A DNA stretch of 62,685 bases, counting the filler, from Stramenopiles sp. TOSAG23-2 (lineage: Eukaryota): NCBI GenBank assembly GCA_900128395.1. It is 4 parts of 4 records of this genome, joined end to end, with 100 filler letters (N's around TTAATTAATTAA, not from the genome) between each part and the next. Parts side by side here need not be neighbours in the genome. Positions count along the whole stretch, not along the records: positions 1 to 29,685 come from LT649387.1; positions 29,786 to 59,257 come from LT649388.1; 2 more parts are not named here. One strand, written 5' to 3'. The position numbers were made by a program, and so were the translations under genes. Of the stretch, positions 23,494-33,855 are shown one piece after another (within the stretch, counting starts at the first letter, position 1; every line of letters begins with the position of its first letter). The notes beneath the pieces are model-generated. The model was not told where the DNA came from, made no database searches, and saw only the letters and a program-made list of their open reading frames with translations.

Positions 23494-24096
23494 CAAAACT
23501 ATGCACATAAAAACATAATTTTACACTCTCTGAGGAACAAAGAACAAAGAGAAAAATACTCGCTCGGAAAAATTTATATTATTAAATTCAGTGTGTGGGG
23601 AATTTAAAAAAAAATAAAAATTTAATTTTAACTGTATTCTATACATACACACACGTCGTATATTTTTTCTAACTCCGGGTCACTCTCTCTCTCCCTCTTT
23701 TAAATAATTATACAATGTAATGTACGAGTTCATATTTATACCAAATCACAAAGTCCTTTTTATCTTCTTTTTATATCCGATTTTTTTTAGATTTAGATTC
23801 ATACATCATCAGGCACATGGTATTTTCTATTCCCTTAAAAGCTTAAAAGTATTTCTCCTCCTTCTATTTTATAATAATATAGTGACCGTATCCAAATATA
23901 ATATATTTACTACTACTATTAAATATATCCAGATATATATAATATAAATAATATATATTTTAAATATTAAATATTGATGCATCATGCGAAGATGTTCTCG
24001 ATTCAACAAACAAAATTGAATTTTAAAACAATGTATATCGGATTTACCAAGAGTATATATTCACACCACTCATAATATATATAACAAGCAAGAACA

Positions 24097-26664
24097 ATGA
24101 CATCAACATTATTCCATGGGAATGTAGTGAATGCCAATAAACATTATGACACGACTACAAAAACAAACGGTGAGGATAATAACAATGACAACCCAATTTA
24201 TTTATTGAAAAATGTATACATTGGTGTAGATGAATATGGTCGAATTAATTATTTTTCTCAAAGTAAACGACCGTCTAGTGATATTTTAAAATATGAAAAG
24301 GAAATTATGTTAGATCAATATCAAATTATTATGCCCGGGTTTGTTGATACCCATGTTCATGCAGCTCAAATACAATATTCTGGTACAGGAACAGATTTGC
24401 CATTAATGAAGTGGTTAACAAAATATGCTTTTCCGTCAGAGAAAAGATTAACAAATAATTTAGCCTTGTCAAGAACAATATATACAAATCTTGTCAATAA
24501 ACTTTTGAATAATGGTACGACTACATGTTTATACTTTGGTGTCTTAGGTGTTGAAAGTTCAAAAATTTTAGCAGATGTTTGCAATGAAAGAAAACAACGT
24601 GCTTTTGTTGGGAAAGTAAATATGGATAGATTATCACCAGATGACTATATTGAAACTACAGAGGACTCTTTATTAAATACCGAGAAATTTATAAAGTATG
24701 TGAAACATAATATTAATTCAGATTTAGTGAATCCTGTCATAACGCCTCGTTTCGTCCCTTGTTGTACTAAAACATTATTATCTGGTCTTGGAAAGATTGC
24801 TAAAAAATATGATGTTCATATACAATCACATGCTGTAGAAAGTTTAGATTGTTTACAAACTGTTGAAATGTTACATCCATCCGAAAATGAAGTAGATATA
24901 TTAAATGAAAATGGGTTGCTTACAGAAAAATCTGTCATGGCTCATTGCGTACATATAAATGATGATCAAGCAAAAATATTTTTAAGTACAGGTACAAGTA
25001 TATCACATTGTCCTTTGTCTAATTTTTATTTTGCTGGTGGATGTTTACGAACATGCTCATTGTTGAATAAAGGTGTTGGGGTAGGACTTGGTACAGATAT
25101 TGCTGGTGGGTATGCAGCCCAAATGTTAAATAGTATAAGACATTGTGTTACAACACACTTAGCCATTGCAGCTGCAGATGTAAACGCAGGTAATAAAAAA
25201 TCAGATGGAATTGCACCAGGATGTGGAGAAGTGGTACGCCGTAATGATTTTACATATAAACATGCAATATGGTTGGCTACTGTAGGTGGAGCGAAGGCAT
25301 TGAAAATAAATGATACAGTTGGCCATTTTGACATTGGCATGTCTTTTGATGCATTATTAATTAATTTGAAAGATTTTGCTGATGTTATCCCATCAATGCC
25401 AACTTCGGATAATTCTATGCATCAAGAAATGGATGAAGATGTATTATCGACATTATTTGAGAAATTCATACATTTAGGCGATGATCGTCATTTTCAAAAA
25501 GTATGGGTTGCTGGCAATTTAGTCGTAAATAAAGTTGCTGCAACAAGCCCAAAAGAAGTAGAAGTAGTAACAACAACAATATCCAATAAAAATGATGAGG
25601 TATCATCAGCATTAAGCAACAAGAATGTAATAATTGGTATTAGTAATAATTCAAATGAAAAATTATCTGTTATTGATCTAGGAACCGTAGAAAATGGAAC
25701 TGGGCCAATTGGTACAGCATCTGAAATTGCAATTGCTAAAGTTTTGAATAATGCATGTCGAAATGATGGATTTTTCTATCTAAAAAACCATGGAATATCA
25801 TCTGAATTAATAGAAAAAACATTTGAAATGAGCAAAGTTTTCTTTACAAAATTAACGCTAGACGAAAAGAAAATGGTTCTTGTCACTAATTCTCGAGGAT
25901 ATACACCGATGGCAGAGGAAACGTTAGACCCTAAAAACCAAACACGTGGAGATACAAAAGAAGGATATTATATTGGCAATGTGGAAAAAACAGACAATAG
26001 TAAAGATACCGATTGGGTTAATATATGGCCAGATGAAGATCGATTATCGGTATTGAAAGGATGGAAAAATACAATGAAAGAATATTTTAATCAAATACAT
26101 ATTTTAGGGATGAGAATGCTTCGTATTTTAGCTTTATCGCTTGATTTGGATGCTGATTTTTTTGATGAAAAATTCACGAACCCAATGGAAGCTTTACGAT
26201 TGCTTCATTATAGCGAAGAAAAGAGTAGTACGGAGGAAGGTGTGTTAGGATGTGGAGCACATTCTGATTATGGAATGTTAACGTTTTTAATAACAGATCA
26301 TGTGCCAGGGCTAGAAATTTTAAGAAAAGGCAAATTATCTAATGCTACTACTGGAATTACCACGGAGAAAGAAGAATGGATGCCAGTTCCACCAGTAAAA
26401 GACACATTCATTGTCAATTTAGGTGATATGTTACAGCGATGGACTAACGATACATATAGTAGCACTGTCCATCGTGTTGTTAATCGCCAAGGATTGGAGA
26501 GATATAGTATTCCATTTTTCTTTGAACCGAACTTTGATACTGTAGTGGAAGTATTAGAAAGCTATTGTTCAGAAAATAACCCTGCAAAATATCCTCCAAC
26601 TACTTCTGGTGAACATTTATTGAGTAAATATGCTGAAACACATGCAATGTTTGAAGATGATTGA
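24097..26664 (+). CDS. guaD: Guanine deaminase fused to a C-terminal IPNS-like 2-oxoglutarate/Fe(II) dioxygenase
   Basis: N-terminal half: PGFVDTHVHAAQ, WLTKYAFPSE, NGTTT, TPRFVP, HIQSHAVE, MAHC, HCPLSN, GLGTDIAGG, GDDRH. C-terminal half: VIDL, GFFYLKNHGI, RGY, KEGY, LRLLHY, AHSDYGMLT, VNLGDMLQRWTN, STVHRV, RYSIPFF. Confidence 0.92.
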   Translation: MTSTLFHGNVVNANKHYDTTTKTNGEDNNNDNPIYLLKNVYIGVDEYGRINYFSQSKRPSSDILKYEKEIMLDQYQIIMPGFVDTHVHAAQIQYSGTGTDLPLMKWLTKYAFPSEKRLTNNLALSRTIYTNLVNKLLNNGTTTCLYFGVLGVESSKILADVCNERKQRAFVGKVNMDRLSPDDYIETTEDSLLNTEKFIKYVKHNINSDLVNPVITPRFVPCCTKTLLSGLGKIAKKYDVHIQSHAVESLDCLQTVEMLHPSENEVDILNENGLLTEKSVMAHCVHINDDQAKIFLSTGTSISHCPLSNFYFAGGCLRTCSLLNKGVGVGLGTDIAGGYAAQMLNSIRHCVTTHLAIAAADVNAGNKKSDGIAPGCGEVVRRNDFTYKHAIWLATVGGAKALKINDTVGHFDIGMSFDALLINLKDFADVIPSMPTSDNSMHQEMDEDVLSTLFEKFIHLGDDRHFQKVWVAGNLVVNKVAATSPKEVEVVTTTISNKNDEVSSALSNKNVIIGISNNSNEKLSVIDLGTVENGTGPIGTASEIAIAKVLNNACRNDGFFYLKNHGISSELIEKTFEMSKVFFTKLTLDEKKMVLVTNSRGYTPMAEETLDPKNQTRGDTKEGYYIGNVEKTDNSKDTDWVNIWPDEDRLSVLKGWKNTMKEYFNQIHILGMRMLRILALSLDLDADFFDEKFTNPMEALRLLHYSEEKSSTEEGVLGCGAHSDYGMLTFLITDHVPGLEILRKGKLSNATTGITTEKEEWMPVPPVKDTFIVNLGDMLQRWTNDTYSSTVHRVVNRQGLERYSIPFFFEPNFDTVVEVLESYCSENNPAKYPPTTSGEHLLSKYAETHAMFEDD

Positions 26665-27099
26665 GGATGAAATATATGTGATATATTATAAATGATGGTT
26701 AAAATCTAAGTTATAATATTTTTACACTTCTCGCGTGTTAAAGTAATATAATATTAAATAATTAAATAATATTTAATTTAATGCATAACTTATTATGATA
26801 TATGATATACACGAAGTATATATTATGTACGAACCTCCTTCGTATAATTATAAAAGGTCATTTAATTTGCAACACAAATTATTTTTTACTACATTTTTTT
26901 AGAAATTTTAAATACGACGTAGCCTGTGGGCGTTTTACATTTACTCTGGACTCTGGACCCCAGAGAGCTTTTCCTTGCCAGCCTGGCCAGTATAACTTTA
27001 TACTTTACATTGATGCTATTATGCATATTTCCAAAAGGCGCACAGCATTATACGAGAAAGTGTAATACGAGGTATTACGGCGTAAAACAGTTAAAAATT

Positions 27100-29130
27100 T
27101 TACATTCCTTTCCCATTTCCATAAATGTTTGGAAAATCGCTTGCAAGAAATGCTTTAAATTCTCTCGATTCTTCTTCGCTTAATGTTGCATCATAGGATG
27201 CCATCATTGGTTGAAACATATCGTTTACAAGGGCTATTTCAATTGCAACTTTATCTACATTTTCGAATACCATATAACCTGGATGTTCCGAACTTATATC
27301 ATTTCCATTCAATTCCTGTTCATCAGCTGTTTCGTTGTTTTCTTTCACTAAAATTTCCATTGCTTGAAGCAATTGCATCACGTCAAAATCCTTGTATTTT
27401 TCATGAATTTTGTCAACGTATTCTACATATTTTTTTTTCTCGATCATTTGTAAGCTATATTTCTCCTCGTTTGTAACTTTACCATGCCCATTTAATCCAT
27501 TTATACACATATTTCCAAACACTGTTTTTGAATCTTTAATATTAAATTTCTCATCATCATCAAAATCATCCAGAGTCACATTTAATTGATCATGAAAAAA
27601 TCGGTTTTCCAAGTCAAATTCAGTATTCACTTGGTAATATCCAGCAAAATGTTTTTCATCTACAACATTTGCGCAATCTTTATCCTTGCCCATTGGATCG
27701 TAATTGAAAGCCTCCATAGTCGCCCTATCAATTGTATATAAAGATATTTTACCTTCATCATCAGTCAATTTTACTGCTACTAATCGTTTATTAGTTGATT
27801 CTCCTTCAAATGAATACAAAGGTGTTTGAACCATATGATTTTCATCTACTTTTACGGTTTTCAATTTTTCATCTGCATCTTTCATGGAAATGCATGTAAA
27901 TTTATGTGACTCTTCCCAATGAGATTTTTGACATGATGGTGAACAGTATTTCACAGTTCTACATCTATTACATGTTTTGAATTTTCCTTTTGTTTTCTTC
28001 TTCTTTTTCTTCTTCTTTTTCTTTTTTTTTTTTGACTTTTTACTGCCATCGGTGCTTTTATCCCCATCTTCATCTTCGCCACCACTACCATCACTTTCAT
28101 TTTCAACCATAATTTCTTCAATTTTGTGACAATACGAACATGATACTGTATTACGATCCATTGCAGTGCGAGAATTTTTAGGAATATGCTTTATCTTGTA
28201 TTCCATATCAGCGATTTCCCTTTGTGCAAGATCTACACTTTTCATATCTGTTGCACTCTCTAACATCAATTTAAAATACTTTAAACCTTTTTTAAAGTTT
28301 TTAGGTTCATTTGTATACTGATAATATCTTCCAATGTTAAGATAAAAATTGCACTTGTCTTTATTTGTATACAAATCACTTTCTTCTAATAACGGTTCTT
28401 GAATTTTCAGTATATTTCTAACTTTTGTTAAGATTTGTTTTACTTCGAGACCAATTTTTTTCACTTGCTCATTTTCATTGACAAACTCTTCGATTAGTCT
28501 TTCTGAGTAACCAAATCGAATGTTAGAATTAACATGGGAAGGCATGTTATTGACCACTCCATGTGGAAGTTGCGTAGGAGTGCCGAGTTCACGTCTTATC
28601 ATTTTCCAATATTGCTCCTCTTTATCACGTATTCTTGCAAAGCACATAATCATGAAATTATGAATGGTGTAGCCACTTGGTTTTATATTAATACATTTTG
28701 AATAATACATATCTGCTTCCTCAAATCTGTTACTACTTTTACATGCTAATGCTAAATTGTTATAACACGTTGCAAGTTCAGCCATAAATTGACCATTGAA
28801 AGAATGAAATTGTTTCAGGTTATTTTGCACCAATTTAATAATCAATGTACATTGTTTATAATATTTGATTGCTTTAGCATCCATGTTCTTTGCTTCGTAT
28901 ATTTCACCTACTCGATTGCATAACCTGTTTTCCCAAATAGAAGAAACAGAGGGAACAAGATCACCTCGCAATTTAAGTGACCGTACCCAAGCCACCATCA
29001 TATCCAATGATTGGCTCCGTTCAACTTCATTCCGTATTCGATCAGTATATAAGCTCATAGGGAAAATGGCCAGTAAATAATCAACTATCCTACGTCTCAT
29101 TTTTTGCATTTCTAATAATTCTTTCAACAT
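27100..29130 (-). CDS. TPR-repeat and MYND zinc-finger protein
   Basis: TPR-like 'LATCYNNLALACKSSNRFEEADMYYSKCINI'. MYND finger 'CSYC...CNRCRTVKYCSPSCQKSHWEESHKFTC'. Confidence 0.85.
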   Translation of the reverse strand: MLKELLEMQKMRRRIVDYLLAIFPMSLYTDRIRNEVERSQSLDMMVAWVRSLKLRGDLVPSVSSIWENRLCNRVGEIYEAKNMDAKAIKYYKQCTLIIKLVQNNLKQFHSFNGQFMAELATCYNNLALACKSSNRFEEADMYYSKCINIKPSGYTIHNFMIMCFARIRDKEEQYWKMIRRELGTPTQLPHGVVNNMPSHVNSNIRFGYSERLIEEFVNENEQVKKIGLEVKQILTKVRNILKIQEPLLEESDLYTNKDKCNFYLNIGRYYQYTNEPKNFKKGLKYFKLMLESATDMKSVDLAQREIADMEYKIKHIPKNSRTAMDRNTVSCSYCHKIEEIMVENESDGSGGEDEDGDKSTDGSKKSKKKKKKKKKKKKKTKGKFKTCNRCRTVKYCSPSCQKSHWEESHKFTCISMKDADEKLKTVKVDENHMVQTPLYSFEGESTNKRLVAVKLTDDEGKISLYTIDRATMEAFNYDPMGKDKDCANVVDEKHFAGYYQVNTEFDLENRFFHDQLNVTLDDFDDDEKFNIKDSKTVFGNMCINGLNGHGKVTNEEKYSLQMIEKKKYVEYVDKIHEKYKDFDVMQLLQAMEILVKENNETADEQELNGNDISSEHPGYMVFENVDKVAIEIALVNDMFQPMMASYDATLSEEESREFKAFLASDFPNIYGNGKGM

Positions 29131-29330
29131 TGCTTTTTGAGCTGCTTTTCCATTACCCTTGTTTTTTTTCTTCTTTCCTTTTTTACCTTGCGAACAAGAA
29201 TACTACCTCGTTTTGGTTAATATTTTTTTTGGACAAGACATACTTCGTTGATATAATAAGAGAGGCATTTTACATTTTACCTAGTTTTATTAAATTAATT
29301 TAATTGTCACTTATACAATATTATATATTC

Positions 29331-29685
29331 ATGGCATCATTAGCACGAAGAAGAGGCGCAAGTGCCAATGCAATCAAAATTGAAGAACCTATCTTAGAGG
29401 CTGATTTTCATGATCTTGATGGTAAAGATGGTTTATTGTTACAACAATTATACTTTAATATAGAAAATTATGATAATAGAGAAACAAAAAACTTTTTTAA
29501 TGACCATCTGGAAAAAGAAATGGCACGTCAACATGGCATATATAATTCTGGTCCTAAGGTGAAAATAATTGAATTGGAAGAAAATGAACGTGTACGTATA
29601 GTTGATGTTGGCTGCATTTCTAAGTTTGTAAATGATAGTGATGGTAGAAATAAGTACCAGGAAGACGTATATGATATCACCGCTG
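29331..29685 (+). CDS. 5' fragment of a gene truncated at the contig end (weak PP2C-like 'GRNKYQED')
   Basis: ATG at 29331. The frame stays open until the N linker. Confidence 0.5.
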
Positions 29686-29785
29686 NNNNNNNNNNNNNNN
29701 NNNNNNNNNNNNNNNNNNNNNNNNNNNNNTTAATTAATTAANNNNNNNNNNNNNNNNNNNNNNNNNNNNNNNNNNNNNNNNNNNN
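29686..29785. other. Artificial contig-joining linker
   Basis: 44 N + TTAATTAATTAA (stops in all six frames) + 44 N. Confidence 0.98.
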
Positions 29786-29787
29786 TT

Positions 29788-29991
29788 GTTGATACTAGTA
29801 TTTTCTTTCATGCTTTGAAAACAGTTACAGGGAACTTAAAGGATGCAGAGATTAAATTAAATGAAGACGAGGGCACTACACAAGAAATGGCGTGTAAAAG
29901 ATGTGTTGATACTCGTCATTCTCTAAGAGATGTAGTGTTTGTTTACAGTAAGCTATTAAATAATAAGACGATTCTAAAAAACGAAGAATAA
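29788..29991 (+). CDS. 3' fragment of an unknown gene at the contig start
   Basis: Open frame VDTSIFFHALKTVTGNLKDAEIKLNEDEG...ILKNEE ends in TAA at 29989-29991. Confidence 0.5.
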   Translation, partial: VDTSIFFHALKTVTGNLKDAEIKLNEDEGTTQEMACKRCVDTRHSLRDVVFVYSKLLNNKTILKNEE

Positions 29992-30515
29992 CCCCTGGTC
30001 CTTATAATAGTCCTGGTGTGTATGAGAGGATTAGGATCCGAGCGGGTCCTCTCTATCCTCATAGGTGTGTATACGGCCTAAAATATAATAGCAAATAAAT
30101 AGCAAGCGGCATATTATAATACTATTATATAAATAACTATTAAAAGTATTTTTTTAAAAAAAAAAAAGCTGGCTGGCTGGAAAAAAGAGGAAGTGAAAAA
30201 AATATAAAAGCAAAAAATAAATCAAAAACAAGGGGAAGAAGAATATTATAATAAAGTAGTAATAGTATTAATATTATATAAACATAATAATAATAATACT
30301 ATAATATTGTACTCAAAAAATCAAAAAATACAATATATGAGGAGTAAATGTATAATACGGAGTCTCGTTATTATATTGTCTATTACTGTATAAACTTTAT
30401 AACACACACGAAATACGAAATACGAAATAATTCGTGTACAATACATATTGAACAATTTAGACAAGGAAAATAAATATAAAGTATATATTATATTTGTCCA
30501 TTCAGGTATACAAAC

Positions 30516-33374
30516 ATGTTGTCGTTAAGCCCCAAGAAAATTGTACAAATAGTAGTTCTAGCAACAATATTAATATATACTTGTTTTGGTAAAGAGACAA
30601 GTAAATTAATTAAAAATAAACTGAATAAAGTTATTAGTAGAAGCAAAATAAACACAGCGTTGAATAAAGAGAGATGCAATAATCACGCTACAAGTGCCTT
30701 TTTCGGTAAATTTTATTCGCAAACAATGGGGAATGCATATAATATGGACGATACCGTATTGGCTGATGGCAGTTTGGAGTCGCAAGTTAATTGTAATACA
30801 TCGACAAGGTCGAAAAAAGAGTTCGAAAGAAGAGATAAGGCAAGGTGTGACTATTTAAAACTTCTAGACAGAACACACGATGTGGAGGGCAATCACCGAC
30901 GCTGCATTAAGCTGGACGGAAATTCTGACAGCGAAACAACAGGTAATTTTCCAGATTGGTGTTTAGGAACGAATCCGGACAATTGTCATGGACCAAACCA
31001 ACAACTGTTTAACAAACGAGCCGAGGCAAGTGAAGGTAGTAGCAACAACATGAGAGTGACACTAGCTGGAAAATCATCAGAAAAGAAGGATATGATGAAA
31101 ACGATGAAGAGAAAAATAAACGAAGCAGCGCTAAAAGATAAAGAAAAAAAAAAGACGAATAAGGTGAATAGTAACGAAAACATTTTCATAGAATCTGGGA
31201 AGGACACAGCAGATAGCTTGCTGAAGGACGATGATCCGTTACTAGTAATGGAAACGTTGTTGTATAAGGAGTATAACAAACCAAAATCAAAAGTCGAAAA
31301 GGATTGTCGGGACGCAGGTATACGTGTCATTAAAACATTAAGAGAGAAACGCAAATGCATTGTTTTATCAAATATGTCATTTTCAAGAGGCAAGTTGGTT
31401 TATTATACAGACTACATACGCGAACTAAAATATCGGACTAAAGATAACAGAAGAAAACCAACTTGGTATGGAAAAGTACAAAAATTGCAAAAACTTTTAA
31501 AGGATTTAAAACCATTATTTGTAAGTGTTTTTAAAAAAAGAGGTGTTTGTGAAGAAGCAGTAGAAAAGATCTTGCAGTTTCTTTTAGATTTGGTTGTGGT
31601 ATTTGCTCAATACGATGATTTACATAAGCTCTGGAAACATGTTGGCGAAGACAAGAATTTTAAGGATATCCAACATTTCGATAATAGTAGTAAGATAGAA
31701 TTTATAGAAAAATCAATTCTTTTCTTTCAATATTTAGAATCTAAAGCCCCTTTTGTTGGTGATGAAAACAAATTTTACTTACTAAAGAAACGGATGCTGA
31801 ACGGCGAGGTTCCAAAACCAGAATCGTTTATAGACGGGAAAGTAACAGAATGGGAAAAAATGAACGATGGAGAAAAAGAAACGTTAAAACATCTAAAAGA
31901 CGACTACCGTTTCTTCAACCAGGAAAATTTAACAACAGCAACATGCATTAGTTGTGATTTAATAAGATCATTATTCCTCCCAAAATTTGATTTTGTACCT
32001 CAAGACATTAATCGGTTTACGCTTCTTAATATCCTGCTGAAGATATTTGATGCAAAAAAAAAAATGTCTCTAACTGAAGATTCGCAAAGTCAAAGTGCAA
32101 TCGCAAAATCATATCAACAGCTTAAATTTTTATTTGATCGAGTAAAATTTATTTTCATGACCATCAAACATTTGCAACAAAATATGGATGGGAAGAAATA
32201 TTACGACAAAGTGTCCGAGAAATATGCTAACATAACGGGCGGGCCAGCATATAACATAGAATATTTGGAAGACCATTTATTAGGGGATTCTCTCACAACT
32301 GAATCATGTAAATCCAAAACATGTTACAGATCATGTGAATTTACACATTATAAAACAAAATTTAAACTAGCTTTTGCCCAAGATAAGATAACCTTTAAAG
32401 ACCATCCATATGCAAATTGTGTAAAATTTGAAACTGAAACAAATTATCGAAATGCAAAAAGTCAGTGTCCAATCGGAACAATCCTACCAGTCCCAAATAC
32501 ATTTGAATATAGAATGTATCAAGAGAATTTCAAGACCACTTGGTTATGGTCACAGGAGAAATTAGGTTTTAAAAATACTGGGCACGTTGCAAAGCATTAT
32601 AAAAGTGATTTGGCGACACAAATATTTGGTTTTAAATGTGACAAACCATGCAATAATTGTTATGGCAACAACAATGGTTATCCCTTTCCAATCGCGAAAG
32701 GATATACGCTAGATTTCATACCAAAAACAAGCATATATGGAGTGAAAAAAAAAACAGGAGAAGATATACCATGGATTCGTAAAGAAAATTGGGATCCTGA
32801 GACTGCAATGTATTATCCACGATGCGAATGTGAACATGGGTATAATGGACCGCACGAATGTAACGGCAAGAAACACAAAAAAGGTGATATAACAATGGTG
32901 TGTGAAATGGTAAAAACTGAAGGTGGCATTTTAGATGGTTGTTTTGAAGGCCATTTTGTAATCAGTGCAAACAAAAAAGATGAAACTAAATGTTTTGTTC
33001 TTCAAATGAACTTAGAAGATCCATGTGTTGATTATTCTGAAGGCATAAACTTCTTCGAAAAAGACAAATTCAAGCTACATAAATTTAGTAACAAGCAATG
33101 CCTTGTGGATAATCTGGGTTATATTGGAAGACAAACATTGTATAAAGCTAGTCGCTCAGAACCACAATTACGCCTATTAGACAATACACATTGTCCGGGT
33201 CACGATAAACCGTTCGGGTTTACAGGCGGCAAAAGTATAATTAATGGCACAACGTATTGCAAAAAATCAAAAGAAAATAAAAATCCATTTATTAGAGCTG
33301 AGAAGAGGAATTGTAAAGATCCGATGAGGGGGAGGAGGAGGAGATTGTTGCAAAGAAGTCAAAGCAGTTGTTAA
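30516..33374 (+). CDS. Secreted or signal-anchored cysteine-rich protein ending in RRRRLLQRSQSSC
   Basis: Hydrophobic N-terminus (IVQIVVLATILIYTCFG), Cys-rich N- and C-terminal regions, EGF-like 'CECEHGYNGPHEC', and a Lys-rich helical middle. Confidence 0.8.
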   Translation: MLSLSPKKIVQIVVLATILIYTCFGKETSKLIKNKLNKVISRSKINTALNKERCNNHATSAFFGKFYSQTMGNAYNMDDTVLADGSLESQVNCNTSTRSKKEFERRDKARCDYLKLLDRTHDVEGNHRRCIKLDGNSDSETTGNFPDWCLGTNPDNCHGPNQQLFNKRAEASEGSSNNMRVTLAGKSSEKKDMMKTMKRKINEAALKDKEKKKTNKVNSNENIFIESGKDTADSLLKDDDPLLVMETLLYKEYNKPKSKVEKDCRDAGIRVIKTLREKRKCIVLSNMSFSRGKLVYYTDYIRELKYRTKDNRRKPTWYGKVQKLQKLLKDLKPLFVSVFKKRGVCEEAVEKILQFLLDLVVVFAQYDDLHKLWKHVGEDKNFKDIQHFDNSSKIEFIEKSILFFQYLESKAPFVGDENKFYLLKKRMLNGEVPKPESFIDGKVTEWEKMNDGEKETLKHLKDDYRFFNQENLTTATCISCDLIRSLFLPKFDFVPQDINRFTLLNILLKIFDAKKKMSLTEDSQSQSAIAKSYQQLKFLFDRVKFIFMTIKHLQQNMDGKKYYDKVSEKYANITGGPAYNIEYLEDHLLGDSLTTESCKSKTCYRSCEFTHYKTKFKLAFAQDKITFKDHPYANCVKFETETNYRNAKSQCPIGTILPVPNTFEYRMYQENFKTTWLWSQEKLGFKNTGHVAKHYKSDLATQIFGFKCDKPCNNCYGNNNGYPFPIAKGYTLDFIPKTSIYGVKKKTGEDIPWIRKENWDPETAMYYPRCECEHGYNGPHECNGKKHKKGDITMVCEMVKTEGGILDGCFEGHFVISANKKDETKCFVLQMNLEDPCVDYSEGINFFEKDKFKLHKFSNKQCLVDNLGYIGRQTLYKASRSEPQLRLLDNTHCPGHDKPFGFTGGKSIINGTTYCKKSKENKNPFIRAEKRNCKDPMRGRRRRLLQRSQSSC

Positions 33375-33576
33375 AACTTTTTTAAATTGCGTTTTTTAAT
33401 ATTATTTTAATTTGAAATAAAATGATTACACCCTCTCTCAATCATCAAAATAATTACCAACCATTGCTCGTATATGTGCAGTACAATTATCTGCTAATAT
33501 ATTACACTTCTTTCCTCTCTCTATTTTATGATATATACGACGAATCGTAAAATATTTTAATGTCATATTGATATTG

Positions 33577-33855
33577 TTAAGTTTGTATATTTGCAATATT
33601 CTTCCTTTTACTCTTTGCTAAGTTCATATCAACATGTTTCATGCATGCTGGTTTAAATACGGTTTGAATATATTCAACAATTCTGTATGCTAATGGGATA
33701 AATGGATCAGGATTATGTAAAGCTGATAATGCAGCAATTCCTTCAAGAAATTCTGTATATACCATTTCACTTGTCGTGTTTTCACCACCACTCGCACCAG
33801 TCGATACGGAACCTCTACGATTATTCTTATTGTTATCGTTTTCTTGTATTGTTGT
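33577..33855 (-). pseudogene. Orphan 3' gene fragment or terminal exon (EF-hand-like 'MVYTEFLEGIAALS...PDPFIPL')
   Basis: The frame extends upstream of the listed ORF (ENDNNKNNRRGSVSTGASGGENTTSE) to a (TA)n tract. No convincing upstream exon before the divergent gene. Confidence 0.45.

Noticed and set aside
29203-29241. Upstream in-frame ATG (29241) and single TAG (29203-29205) before the TPR-MYND ORF, suggesting stop-codon reassignment or readthrough
   Set aside because: TAG, TAA and TGA all terminate other genes here (e.g. TAG at 42964-42966 and 59571-59573), and conserved genes have no internal stops. One case is better explained by chance or mutation.
29730-29741. TTAATTAATTAA palindrome recurring three times
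   Set aside because: Always centred in 44+44 N. It is a synthetic six-frame-stop linker, not a biological repeat.
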